From: Rhynchobatus australiae
Taxonomy: Eukaryota
Assembly: GCA_034780895.1 (NCBI GenBank)
Contig: JAUZTB010000135.1
Span: 84,507,058 to 84,571,057, forward strand
DNA: 64,000 nucleotides
Direction of reading: 5' to 3'
Within the stretch, counting starts at the first letter, position 1. Each line of letters starts with the position of its first letter. Below the pieces are notes generated by a model. The model saw only the letters and a list, made by a program, of their open reading frames with translations. It was not told the DNA's origin and made no database searches. Of the stretch, positions 12,437-25,530 are shown piece by piece. Both the position numbers and the translations under genes were made by a program.

Positions 12437-14302
12437 CGCAGTATTTGCTTGACCACAACACAAAAATAAAAGCCATTACTGACATTTCATTGCACCTGCC
12501 CATCAACTTTCTTCTATAGGTTCCCTTATCAAAGTTCCTTCATAAGTCCTTTGCAATAGAACTCATGTGCAACCACATCCTCTGGGCAGCTGGGACCTGT
12601 GCTGCCCTTTTGGCCTCCTGGTGTCTCACCATGTGCAGCTCATGCCATGAGATAACTTTAAAGTTGCACATAACATCAGTAACTGAGCTGATGGTCAGAA
12701 GGGCAGAATTGAGTGGCAGTCTCTCCTCATCCCCATCACTTTCTTGCTCTTGATAGCCAATAACTACCTAACCATGTTGTCATTCCGAAAAGTACATGGA
12801 TATGGTTGAAGTGAGGGGAAGTAACACCATTGGAACTTGCAAATCAGAAGAGATTCTGGCTTATTAGGATGTGAGGAGGACGGTATCATCATTTCGGTCC
12901 TGGCACTGTTTACGCCTCAACAAAGCTTTTCCAATGCCTTTCCCACATACCTTGGGCATGTAGCTAGGCCTGGCCTCNNNNNNNNNNNNNNNNNNNNNNN
13001 NNNNNNNNNNNNNNNNNNNNNNNNNNNNNNNGAATTATGTCAATGTAATGCTTTGGGTAATTTGCCTGTCAAGGTAGAATAGTTGCCAATGTGTGCAAGC
13101 TCTGCCATATGCCTTTAGGGTTTCTGGTAGTACTAAGTGTGAGAGGATGTCACTTACAATTGATCAGTAGGTGAGTGGGGTATTGTGCAATCTCACAATC
13201 TAAAGGTGGAATTGATGGAACTTGGCACCTTGCTTCACTGCACTCAGGTCCTCAGGGTTGTCTCTGGGCATTGACTTTCACAGCTTTGTGCTTTGGCTGT
13301 TTTGAAGAGGATGAATCCTACATCTCCTCCAGCAGCATGGCCCCAAATGCAATGTTGGAATATCCTTTCTCTCCCACATTCTGAAATGTCTCTGTCACAA
13401 TCAGTTCCAGACCTCTGCCCAGCATCTGCTGCAGCCACAAAGTTTTTCTCCTTTACAATATGCAGCTTGGCTTTAAGTAATGCAGGCTGTTAATGGAACA
13501 TGAAGCCAATTGAAATGACTAACCTACTCAGGTCCTCCTTTATAGACCTGCTGCCCCAATGTATCAAATACCTCACTAAAGGTATATTTCCAAGATCTTG
13601 CTTAAGTTTTTCAACTTCTTGTTTCAATTCTATGTGTCTGGCTTTCTGGAACCTCCCTCTATTCCTAGTCCAGCTATTTGTACTAAGATTTTCAGTAACT
13701 TAAGCCCCACGCTCTGCAATGCTCCCAATTCTCTGTCTCTCAACTTCTCATTCCGCTCAATCTGCTACCATGTAGTAGCTTAATTTTTTAACAATCTCCT
13801 CCTTCCATAAAACATCATGGAACATGTTTTCTAACTTCTTCTTGTTGATTCACAATAAACATGACTCTACATTTTTCTTTATTTTGTAACATTTCTCCGT
13901 ATTTGTGTTGTTTTGCTAAATCAACATTCTAAGATTGTTATTTGATTATTGACTAGTAGGTATTAAAATCTTGGATTGTGTGTTATGACTTCAGCAATAT
14001 CTTGTCAACTAACTGTACTTACGTATCAGTCATTGGCTGACAAAATGTAAGTCAGATTTAAAAGAATTTTAAAGTGCCCTTTGATCAATGGCAATTTGTT
14101 ACATAAAATTCTGAATTGCATCATTTTTAAATATATATAGAAATGGCATACACAAAAAGAATGTCATATTTACAATTTAATTGATAGCTTCTACATAATT
14201 AATATTGGTGTCCTGTTAGGACCTCCTGAATTGCAAGCCTCCTGAAATGATAATGTGAGCCACAATCCTCTGAACATCGTGAGGTCCAAGCTTGACCATA
14301 AG

Positions 14303-14395
14303 TACAAACAGGAAATGCTGGGATACTTAGCAGGTTGTGCAGCACGTGAAAAGAGAAACAGAGTTAACGTTTCAGTCAATGGCCTATTGCCAGGA
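14303..14395 (-). mobile_element. Degenerate Penelope-like terminal fragment
   Basis: gaaatgctgggatacttagcaggttgtgcagcac...gagttaacgtttcag motif. Confidence 0.5.
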
Positions 14396-15944
14396 ATCTA
14401 CCATATTAGTGCTGTTTACTCAATATGTAGCATTGAATAAGGAATGGAGTACTGGCGGAGCAACAGATTTAATGATCAGCTACACATCTTAGTGAAGAAT
14501 TCAATAAGTTTAATAATAGTCCAAAACCTTTTACAGCCCAGTCTGAGATGACTTAAGTGGCAACAACCAGGGATTGGGAGTACTTCACTCCCTGTTAAAA
14601 GAGCTCTCCAGTTAAGGGAAGTGAGGTTTACCAGAGGAGTATTTCTATTTTTTTTTATCTTGGAAGCATGCTCCTTTTGAGGACGGCAGTGGCACCAATA
14701 AGAAATGAATTTTGATTAGTTTAGCTGCACTGAGACTTCAATTGGATGCACTGTGAACACAGGCCTTTTTTTAATCACCTGGAAGCCCAGTGGTTTCTTA
14801 CACCCCCAATTTTGATATGTGCCCCGCTTGGAAAGGGGACCACAAATGATGTGGAGTATTTGACAGAAGAGTTCAATATGTATTCACCTGTACTCACCAT
14901 TACTGTATGTAACATGCGCATTACCTCAAACACAGTCACTGTAGCTGTGTAGCATTACCTCAAGCTACACTCCTTGTAGCTTTCAAACTTCCAGCACATC
15001 ACGGATATGTTGATTTGTAGGAAATAGAGGTCCATGATAGAAGGAAACTGGGTCCCCAGTGCAAGGAATCATGAAGCCCATGGCTTATAAGTTCTTCTGC
15101 ATCTAAATTGCTCTATTATCCCCATAGCAGTAGCCTGTGCAAGTTTAATTAAAGGCAGGCTATAACCACATATTGTGCATGAGACCCAAGGCATTATGAG
15201 TGGTAGAACAGGCCTTAGACATGCAAATAAACTTAGAGGTCTTTTTCTCCATACCTATGCAATGGCAAGAGATTGGCAAAGGTCTTGAACTAGAGATTGG
15301 AGGTGGGACAATACTGAGAATGTAGTGGGGATAAGATCATGAGAGAAGTGACTGAAGATCTGGTGTGGGATGGATGACAGTTCTTGTGGATAAGACATCC
15401 CAGGGAGGAGATAAATTGGTTGGCAGTGGGTGGTGGGGGAAATGCAAAGTGGAGATGTTGAGGTACTGCTGGGGTAATCATGAACAAAAGAAGGAATGCT
15501 GTGGAAATGCACAATCTTAGAAGATTAGAAAGGTGAGAGGTGATTATATTAGGTAGATGATTTGGGGGAAAAGTGAGTATCGGGCAGATGACAGTGGATC
15601 ATTAACGATTCAAGTAATTTACCCACCAGTTAAGACTTGCTTCAGTGTTTGAAGCCTACCCCATTTATGGGCCTTGTATTCATTGGGTTGCCATTTTTCC
15701 CTGATTATCCATGCAATTAAATAAACACTCCAATATTACACTAAAAACTCTCTGGTCACATCTGCTATAATATGCCAGGTGATGAAACATCTGATCTCTA
15801 ACCAACAGTTGAGCAGGCAGGTCTGAGCCAGTAGGATCTCCCTCATATAATTTAGTATACCTCTATCAGATCCCTCCCACTGCCCAGCCTCCTTTGTTCT
15901 GATTAAATCTTGCCTCATAACTGAAATGCTCCATCCCAGGCAAT

Positions 15945-17020
15945 ATCCTGCTGAATCTACTCTGCATCCTCTCCAGTGCAATTGCTTCCTTCCTACAGTC
16001 TGGCCAGCAGAATTACACACAGTACTCCAGAAGTGGCCTAACCAGTTTTATAAAACTGTACCATAATCACTTTACTCTGATATTCTAGTTACCTATTCTT
16101 TATCTACCTATGCTGCCACCCTTGGGGATCCTTGGACTTGTACACTAAGGCTCCTTTGTTCGTCAATACTCCCTAGGGCCCTATCATTCAATATGTATGT
16201 CCTACCCTTATTTGTCCTCCCAAGGCGTATTTACCTTGCATTTATCAGGATTAAATTCCATCTGCTATTGCTCTGCCCATTTTATCTTTCTTCAGTATCT
16301 TCATTGAACCTAAAACAGTTCTCACGATCACCACCACCAATTTTCACATCATCTGCAAACTCTCTAAATTCATATCCAAATTGTTAATGTATATAAAACA
16401 AAGCCATGGTCCCGACACTGACCCCTACAGTACACCATTGGTTACAGGCTTTCAATCACAAAAACATCACTCCACCATCACCTTCTACCTACTATTATCA
16501 AGCCACCTTTGGATTCATTTTGCCAACTTGGCTTGGATTCCATAAACTCTAATCTTTTGAACAACTCCTATCTGAGGCCTTGTCAAAGGTTAACTGGTCT
16601 AAGTAGACTACATCATCTGCACTGCCATCATTGGTACATTTTGTTACTTCTTCAACATATTGAAATTGGTCAGACAGGTTCTCCCCCCCACCCCAAATAA
16701 AGCCATGTTGACTATCTTTGATTAATCTTTGTTTTTTAATGTAGATTAATCCTGTCCCTCAGAATTTTATCCAAAAACATTCCTATCACTGACATTTGAC
16801 TACCAGGCTTGTAATTACCTGCTTATCCCTGTTGTACTGAAAAAAAAAGTACATTTGTATTCCTCCAGTCATCTCTCCTGTGGCCAACAAAGACTTAAAA
16901 ATCTTTGTCAGATCCCCAGCAATCTCCTCCCTGGCCTCCCAGGGCAGCCTCAAGCACTGGGTCCACATCCATCTTTAAACCTGTAAGACATCCAATACCT
17001 TCTCTTTTTTAATGATAAAG
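15945..17020 (-). mobile_element. CR1-like LINE fragment, degenerate RT
   Basis: Minus-strand WEAREEIAGDLTKIFKSLLATGE and FADD-region remnants. Confidence 0.8.
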
Positions 17021-17933
17021 TATTCCAGAATTTTTCCAGCCCATTCTTGAATTCTTCCACTAAAATGCCCTTGTAGTTGATACATATTCTAAAGTAGGGC
17101 TGGGGAGTAAGCAACTGAGATTCAAAAATGTCCTATACTGTAGAATAAACCCCATGGGCCAGATCCAGTGAACATATAACATAAGCCTCTGTTCTTAAGT
17201 GTCTTATAAGCACTGAAGATTCAGATCAAAAATCTGGAACCTGTACACCAGGTACCCAACTCTATTTAGTGAGCAGGTTTTTGATAAGAATTGGTGCAAC
17301 TCATAAAAAGTGTTCCGTGAGGAGAATTTCTAGTCCCTTGTCTCTTCCTCTAATTCTCCAGGCATATATTGGCACTCTAATGCCCACTCAATTCAACTGG
17401 CATTCTTCTTCCCCACTCAGCAGTTCAAGATGGCACTTTCATGTCTCAGTTCAAATTGGGATCACTCCTCCTTCACTGTTTCTTCCCCCAACCAAGACGT
17501 ACATCCATGTCCCTTTCTCTCCAAGGACATTATTTGCAGGTTCCTCCCTTTCTCACCCCAAGCGCTGCCCCCATGTTCTGCTGCCTACCTCTTCGCTGTT
17601 ATCAACTTACTTCCACGTTGTCCATATCTCCCTGTCTCTTTATGCACAGTGCTGCTTCCAGCAGCTGATAACTTATTTTCTCCCTACATCAGTACCTTCA
17701 CAAGGGCGCTGATTAAATTTTAAAACTGGCTGCATTTTAAGCTGGCAGCAGTTAAGCTGTGAGCAGGTGAGAAAGTATTGTTAAAAAGCCCGAGATACAT
17801 AGTGCCAGTAATACAACAACATTTTTTGATAAATTTATAGTAGATGCATACATATAAACTTAAGTTTTGGCAACTTTTAATTATGCCCCTTTATAAAAAG
17901 ATCCACATGAAACACTGACTGCATATGAAGATT

Positions 17934-17939
17934 TTTATT
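17934..17939 (-). promoter_or_regulatory. Candidate distal poly(A) signal
   Basis: Minus strand reads TGTAAATATGTATTATGT-AATAAA-AATCTTCATATGCAGTCAGTGTTTCATGTGGATCTTTTT: upstream UGUA, downstream GU/U-rich element. Confidence 0.5.
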
Positions 17940-19564
17940 ACATAATACATATTTACAATTCTGCAATGGTCTTACTTGTAATTAACCAGAGCATTCAATT
18001 GTTTTTGTTTCCCTGGCACTGGATTTAAGCTCTTTAAAGATAAAGACATAAATCTTTTCAAAACCCTTACCATTTGTCAAGGACCAATAGTAATTAGGCC
18101 TGGAGTATACAAACAGACAATGGTAACTGTAAAATATCTATTAAACAAACTCCAGAAATCACAGTGACCAAATTAGTTAATTAACCTTTTCAGGTAGAAA
18201 TTACCCAATTAAGANNNNNNNNNNNNACAAAGAATACCTGACTTGCCAGATTTCCAGCTCCAATTAACTTTCAGTTATCCAAGGTTGTTTTCTCGTGTAC
18301 CACACAGAGATTCATGTGTCAGTAGCTTAATTAACTCTTCCAGTAATGAGAAATACAAAATTGTTTCATACCAAAAAAACACTGGCCCAGACAGAACTGC
18401 AGTACCAGGCCAGATGAGCCCTAAACTCCACTGGAATATACAGCTACTGTGACACAGACACCAACAACACAGTGGTTTAACTGTCTCCTCTGTATATGGA
18501 AACTGACAATGTGAAATAAAGCATTATATTAAACAGTTAAAGCTTGTAATATATACAGTCTGTTAATAACTAGTACAGAAATTTCCTCCTATTAGTTAAC
18601 AGTCATCATGAATATCACACTGAACACTGTGAGTCACTATCTTTAATCAGTGAGAAACAGGAGTTGCTATCTTCAGGCTTGGAATGTTAATGTTAAGGTG
18701 AAATCTTTATCAATGATTTATTTTAGAAAGTTTTTTTTACCTATACTGTATATAGGTAATAACATAGCAAGATATTATTTCAAATACACATTCAGTTTTC
18801 CAATGATGAGTTTTTCAGTCAGAATTTCAAAGGGTAAGGTGGTGGTTTAGTTCTAGCTTTAAAAATACCCCAAAAAATCTGCTTCAAAAAGACTTCAGTC
18901 AGTTCTGACTTGCTAACTTGATACAGTTGATTTTTTTTGTGCGAGAAGGTGGGANNNNNNNNNNNNNNNNNNNNNNNNNNNNNNNNNNNNNNNNNNNNNN
19001 NNNNNNNNNNNNNNNNNNNNNNNNNNNNNNNNNNNNNNNNNNNNNNNNNNNNNNNNNNNNNNNNNNNNNNNNNNNNNNNNNNNNNNNNNNNNNNNNNNNN
19101 NNNNNNNNNNNNNNNNNNNNNNNNNNNNNNNNNNNNNNNNNNNNNNNNNNNNNNNNNNNNNNNNNNNNNNNNNNNNNNNNNNNNNNNNNNNNNNNNNNNN
19201 NNNNNNNNNNNNNNNNNNNNNNNNNNNNNNNNNNNNNNNNNNNNNNNNNNNNNNNNNNNNNNNNNNNNNNNNNNNNNNNNNNNNNNNNNNNNNNNNNNNN
19301 NNNNNNNNNNNNNNNNNNNNNNNNNNNNNNNNNNNNNNNNNNNNNNNNNNNNNNNNNNNNNNNNNNNNNNNNNNNNNNNNNNNNNNNNNNNNNNNNNNNN
19401 NNNNNNNNNNNNNNNNNNNNNNNNNNNNNNNNNNNNNNNNNNNNNNNNNNNNNNNNNNNNNNNNNNNNNNNNNNNNNNNNNNNNNNNNNNNNNNNNNNNN
19501 NNNNNNNNNNNNNNNNNNNNNNNNNNNNNNNNNNNNNNNNNNNNNNNNNNNNNNNNNNNNNNNN

Positions 19565-19830
19565 TTCATGGGAGCACAGGAACCAGGACCCTGGTGTATT
19601 AATGGGAGCACATGAACTAAGGCCCTGGTGTATTAATGGGAGCACAGGAACTAGGGCCCTGGTGTATCAGGAACCAGGGCCCTGGTGTATTCATGGGAGC
19701 AGAGGAACCAGGGTCCTGGTGTATTCATGGGAGCACAGGAACCAGAGCCCTGGTGTATTCATGGGAGCAGAGGAATCAGGGCCCTGGTGTGTTAATCGGG
19801 GCACAGGAACCAGGGCCCTGGTGTGTTAAA
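19565..19830. repeat. 34-bp minisatellite (TCATGGGAGCACAGGAACCAGGGCCCTGGTGTAT)n, about 8 visible units
   Basis: Direct tandem units, some with the 14-bp palindrome ACCAGGGCCCTGGT; adjacent ~610-N gap. Confidence 0.9.
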
Positions 19831-19937
19831 GAGTGCACGAAAGCCAAAGGGAGCATGGGAATCAGCATCTGGTGAGCTTGATGCCAAACAATTGGGATTT
19901 CTGAACAATCGGATAGCAGATTATTGGAGTTTTACTG
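19565..19937. mobile_element. Second copy of the same MITE family in opposite orientation (left end in gap)
   Basis: gatgccaaacaattgggatttctgaacaatcggatagcagattattggagttttactg is homologous to the reverse complement of 56502-56565. Confidence 0.7.
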
Positions 19938-20451
19938 TCCATCTTCATCACTATCCTCACCCAATTTGTATACCTGATCTTGAAACTTCTCATGTCTATA
20001 TGATTGAGTGCACACACCACTACCTACATTGATCCTTACTTTAGAATACCCTGCATGCTGGCAATTCTATACAGCTGATGCAATTATCATTTTAATTATT
20101 TCATAAGGGCATTAAGTCAATTAGCTCCTTGGATTAGCCCATATACATCTAACCTAACTTGCCTGTTAAAAACTGTTTTGGTCTGATAACAGTTCTGAAT
20201 GCAGAAACATATGGTATACCATGTATGAAGTTAATGTTACTGAAATCATAACAGCAAACTATAGGGCATAAGTCTGAAATATTAGTCTTTATGTGTATTG
20301 TTGCAATGCTTATTGAGTGAGTTCCTTATTCTTTGTGAATTTTCTTTTTAATTCCTTCATGGGAAATGGACCATGCCTATCCCTAAATGCCTTTCAACTA
20401 AATGGCTTGCTAGGCCATTTCAGTGAGCAATAAAGATTTTGTTCTGGGTCT

Positions 20452-20493
20452 GGGGGGGGGGGTGTCAAACACACACACACACACACACACACA
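20452..20493. repeat. Poly-G run followed by a (CA)12 microsatellite
   Basis: Seen directly. Confidence 0.9.
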
Positions 20494-21174
20494 AAATTAG
20501 GTAATGACAGGTAATGTCCTTGTTTAGAGGACATTATTAATTGTGATTTTGCAACAATCCGGTAGTTTCATTGTCACTATTACAGGCACTATTTAATTTA
20601 CTGAATTAAATGCTTCAGTAGTCTTTTTGGAATTTGAAATTGTATATTTGGATTATTAATCCAGGTCTCTGGTTGAGTATCCCAGTAATGTCACCTTCAT
20701 CCTACTATATTCCAAATGTGGGACTGGAACTCCTTCAAAGAAGTTTGGAATTTCAGTTCATATCTATCTATATTTTTAATATGACTATTCTGTTTTATTG
20801 AGGTAACTTAATCACCCTATTGTATGAATTAACATTTAAAAAAGACCATTGTGAAACTGTTAGTTACCTGCTCAGAATGTTCTGACTTTTAAATTTTAGC
20901 TGATGATTTCCTTTACTGTGAGAGGGATTTTAGCCACTGGGTAACCATACCACCAATTGTTCAAGAGTGACATGGTGCTCTGTTAAATCTTTCTGCACCA
21001 TTATTTTCCCAAATAAAGCAAGGTATTGTTTACAATCTGATAAAGTTTGCACCTCAAGCAGATACGGATATGTTTGGCAATCAGGCTGATTTGTATAGAG
21101 GAATATTTTACTCATCACCTGTGTAGTCAGACTGCAGTATAACAGACAAAATTACAAGATGCATAGCTTGCTGT

Positions 21175-21180
21175 TTTATT
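21175..21180 (-). promoter_or_regulatory. Candidate intermediate poly(A) signal
   Basis: Minus strand AATAAA followed by ACAGCAAGCTATGCATCTTGTAATTTTGTCTGTT (U/GU-rich downstream element). Confidence 0.45.
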
Positions 21181-24100
21181 ACATTCAATAACCATTTCAA
21201 GAAGACATTTTTGCATATACTACAACTGCACATAGCTGTAACACCGTTAGTCTTTTCATTGGCNNNNNNNNNNNNNNNNNNNNNNNNNNNNNNNNNNNNN
21301 NNNNNNNNNNNNNNNNNNNNNNNNNNNNNNNNNNNNNNNNNNNNNNNNNNNNNNNNNNNNNNNNNNNNNNNNNNNNNNNNNNNNNNNNNNNNNNNNNNNN
21401 NNNNNNNNNNNNNNNNNNNNNNNNNNNNNNNNNNNNNNNNNNNNNNNNNNNNNNNNNNNNNNNNNNNNNNNNNNNNNNNNNNNNNNNNNNNNNNNNNNNN
21501 NNNNNNNNNNNNNNNNNNNNNNNNNNNNNNNNNNNNNNNNNNNNNNNNNNNNNNNNNNNNNNNNNNNNNNNNNNNNNNNNNNNNNNNNNNNNNNNGGTCC
21601 CATTCAATGCAAGGTATGGTGTGCAGTTGTGGCGTGTCCAAATCCCCTACAAATAACAAACAATGATACTGCACTTGTTCTCCTGAGTAAATCCTACTAG
21701 TCCAAACACAATAAAATCTGTTATGGCTTGAAAAAAGTCCTGTCCAACATTTTCTGCCACTTAACAAACCTGTGAAAACAGCAATCCCGAGGTTTTATTT
21801 CATTCTCTTTCTGGCAAGTAATGTTGGTCTACATATTGGCAAATACAATGTCCTTTGGTAGAAAACAACATTCATTAACTTGGAAACACTCGTACAAAAG
21901 TTTATGAATATTATTTGACATAGTTCACTTCTTTAAAAACTATTTTGCCATGTGCTGCCTGTGGCAACTGCAGTTTGTGTCTGTCAGCACCAGGAAGTCA
22001 CCTGATGAGATCTGTAAATCTTGATTTCATTTGAGAATTTACATTGTAGTCACTTTTCAGCCAAACTATTAAAAGTCTTGTCCAACAGATACAAAATAAT
22101 TTTACAGTGAGTCAAATTGCCAACTTTCCATTATCTGATTAGTTGATATTAATTTATGGTCTTCAGGGTAAAAACAGCCTTCGAAATTGTGCAGGCAAAG
22201 ATAAAATTGAAATTTCTAATTCAAATTGGGTTTAACTAAATTACTTTGGAGTAATTGTAAAATATAGATTGGCCCAAAATACTTACTCATATTTGATATG
22301 TATAGAGATCTTTCTAAAATCCTTAACATTTAATTTATACTATTATGATGATCTTTACACACTTACTATATTGCAAGTTAACTTTTCTTCTGCTCTCTGT
22401 TTCAAAGGGATGATCAATAGAGAATTCTACAGGAAGTGGTCAGTAGCAGAGGAAAATCTGCTTGGCAACACATCAGTGTACAACAAAGTTATGCTGGAAG
22501 TAGAAAAGATCTAGTGATGTACTCAGAAAAAACCATAACTATGGTGTGTAATGGGAATATCAACAGGGTTTGAACTGCGTAGGAAGGTTATAGAATAGCT
22601 GTGGCAAAGTATTAGGACTAAATGGTTGAGGATGTTGTATGGATTATTAGAATTAAGAGTTGGAGGCAAAATTGGAACGTTTAATGGATTGGAATGTAGG
22701 CTGTCAATTGGTATGGATAAATGTTCATGGGAGAGAATGGAAAATTATTATGTGAGCAATACTGTCAAAAAAAAACAATATTAAGAACTGTTTTGTATTT
22801 TAAATGTAAGTTTTGGCATTTCTTTGGTCAGAAAACTACATTGCTCCTTAAGTTAAACATGCACATTATTTGTATCACTTAAGTATAAATGACCCATGCA
22901 ATGTGACAATGTGTTGTTGAATATCATGTGATTTGATTTTAGGAGATTAAGAATAATGAGATTTTTCTTCTCTAATAAGACAGTCATTTAACATACCTGA
23001 ATGGAGATTAAGAGTAATGAAACTGCTTGGATATCGCTGGAATATTCCCATGATGTATGGTTTTCAGTTTAGTACTCCACTTTTGTGTAATTATTCAATA
23101 AACAAAATATTCAAATAAGTCTATTTCCTAATTTTCCCAATAACTTTTAATATTCGTTTTTCTTTAACACAGTAGTTTGATGAGACAGGAAATGGAGATA
23201 AAGAGACTGGGATTTAGAAGGATGAAGCAAATGCTCAAATTTCTCCACTGTTAAACTACAAGTCTATGTAAGCAGTTTGACTTGAGATTTTGGTCATGGA
23301 TATGAGGCGTTTATAAATCATAAATGTTTTCTTGAGATTCAAATAAAATAGTATAGCATAAAATTAATCTTTGAGTGCAAAGTGGAAAAAAAGAGAAAGT
23401 CTAGCCATTTACACAAGGATAGCTCCAATTAGACAGCCTGAAGAGATTTACTATTGCTGAATTACTTACATTATTGCAAATAGTTTAAACAATGTGACTG
23501 NNNNNNNNNNNNNNNNNNNNNNNNNNNNNNNNNNNNNNNNNNNNNNNNNNNNNNNNNNNNNNNNNNNNNNNNNNNNNNNNNNNNNNNNNNNNNNNNNNNN
23601 NNNNNNNNNNNNNNNNNNNNNNNNNNNNNNNNNNNNNNNNNNNNNATGGGAGGAGTTTGTGTGAAGTATAAACACCAACAGAGACATGTTGAGAACAGTG
23701 GCCTATTAATACTATGTAAAGATGTTTAGTTTTGGCTGGGAGATAATTACCGTCACATCTGCTAGACAAGAGGAATAAAAGCATGGCTTTGGTTGATTTT
23801 AAAACCCTAGAAAATTAGCACCTTGTACTTTCGATGTTTTCTAGCTCAGTGTATAACAGCACAATGTGACTTAATAAGATAAAATGCAGCAGCACCTCTG
23901 GCTCAATAGAGAATAAGAGCATTCCTATAATTTAGGAAAGTAAATGCCACTTGGGCAACCAATCAGGATAACACAAAGCGTGTTTGCAAATATAGTCACA
24001 ATAGGTATTTTATATACACACACAAATATATATATTTATAAAGTAGGGATGTGCAAACACCCTAACATTTGCTTTTTTTCTAAAAATGTTCATTAAACTT

Positions 24101-25407
24101 CATAATGTTTAATGAACAGGTACTACCTACTTTCTTATGTCCTTAAGTGCATCATTCAGAAATATTGTCACATTTGGTTCAGCAGTGCAAACTAGTCTAT
24201 GGGAATTGTCATTGGTGGCTATAAAATGCATATGCAGGATTGACTGATTCCATCATATAATTTACAAACAATGCCACAATGCAAAATCACAATTTACGAT
24301 TTCTCAGTCCCCAAATCCATATTTTGTAATGCACAACTTTTACATATGTTTCACAAAATATATTTCTTGAACAAATTGTGCTTTATATTTAGTCCAAATC
24401 TCGGCAGAAACATAGTGCTTAAAGGACAAGAATTGCTATTAATGATGTGTGGTACAAAGCCAGCACAATCTTATTTGTGTTCCACTGAATGAAGCTTATG
24501 GCATTAGAAAGTGCATGTTGATTACTGCTTTCAAATAAACTTGGTCATCACCATTTTGAAAAATGGTCTCATTAACTAAAACGTACTTGTATATCTTAAA
24601 TATTTCAGTAACTGGACTGAATTTTTTTCTGCTTGATTTTACAATAAAATAAGTAATTTGGAGATTACTCCTGCCTTAAGAATGAAATACTTAAAAATTC
24701 CTGACCCCTTCAATAAATTAGCCACATTATCATTTCTCAAGAATAAATGAAAAGCCATGTAAGTTGGCTGAGAATTTCATTGGCACTGGTTTGTAAATGG
24801 GTTTTCCAGTATCTTACAGCACTTAGTAGTTACATCAACAGAGAAGAAATATCTCCAAGAAAATTCCTAACCGAACGTCCTGAGATACTCCAATATAATT
24901 CAGATATCTGAGTTTTCAATTCAGCAATGTCAGCAATCCATCAATACAGAAAGGTATGCTTGTCCTCTTGGACTTTCCAGAATTACAGAGCATATTTACT
25001 TTTTGAAACACTAAACAAGCTAACCCTTATAACATCCATTCCTTTCAGAATTTTAAATAGTTTTGCTAGGTAATATTGATGATGACTAGGTCAAATATTG
25101 TCAGAAATTACTGTAAAGCTGAGAAGCATATTAAAAATGGGAGACGACGTTGTATAAATGATAAGCAATGGAGCTTATTAAAAACTGGAATAAGTTTTAG
25201 AGAAGTATTGGAACTACTTTAAACAGTGTCAGAGTCTGGGCTAGATGCCGTGTAATTTAGTTGCAAAATATTAAGTGAAAGAGGACAGTTATGTAGATAA
25301 TGAATAATACTGACTTTTCAAGAGATTTAGTTAAAATCAGTTGTTGAGAAGTTTCATATGATAATGGATTTAATATTGTTATAAGGAGCAAGATGACTGA
25401 TAAAACC

Positions 25408-25530
25408 TGATGTTCTGATGATGTCCTGAAAGGAGTTCTGATGAAGGGTCTCGACCTGAAACATCGACTGTTTATTTCCCTCCATAGATACTGCCTGACC
25501 TGGTGAGTTCCTCCAGCATTTTGTGTGTAT
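25408..25530 (+). mobile_element. Penelope-like terminal-repeat insertion with hammerhead-like motif and 14-bp TSD
   Basis: TSD TGACTGATAAAACC at 25394-25407 and 25531-25544; AGTT-CTGATGA-AGGGTCTCGACCT-GAAAC-ATC-GACT at 25434-25469. Confidence 0.78.

Noticed and set aside
17269-17723. 147-aa and overlapping plus-strand ORFs
   Set aside because: Pyrimidine-rich low-complexity sequence, non-ATG start for the longest, no recognisable domain or splice support.
1-17900. Exons of a neighbouring gene such as ZBTB10
   Set aside because: No BTB, zinc-finger or other recognisable coding exon was found; all identifiable ORFs are transposon-derived.
18899-19829. Long ORFs of 220-300 aa (also at about 4.2, 5.7, 21.2, 31 and 48.3 kb)
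   Set aside because: They are open only because they run through N gaps or tandem repeats.
19565-19830. CRISPR-like array (34-bp repeats with an internal palindrome)
   Set aside because: Units are head-to-tail with no unique spacers, there are no cas genes, the context is vertebrate, and the array sits inside a MITE.
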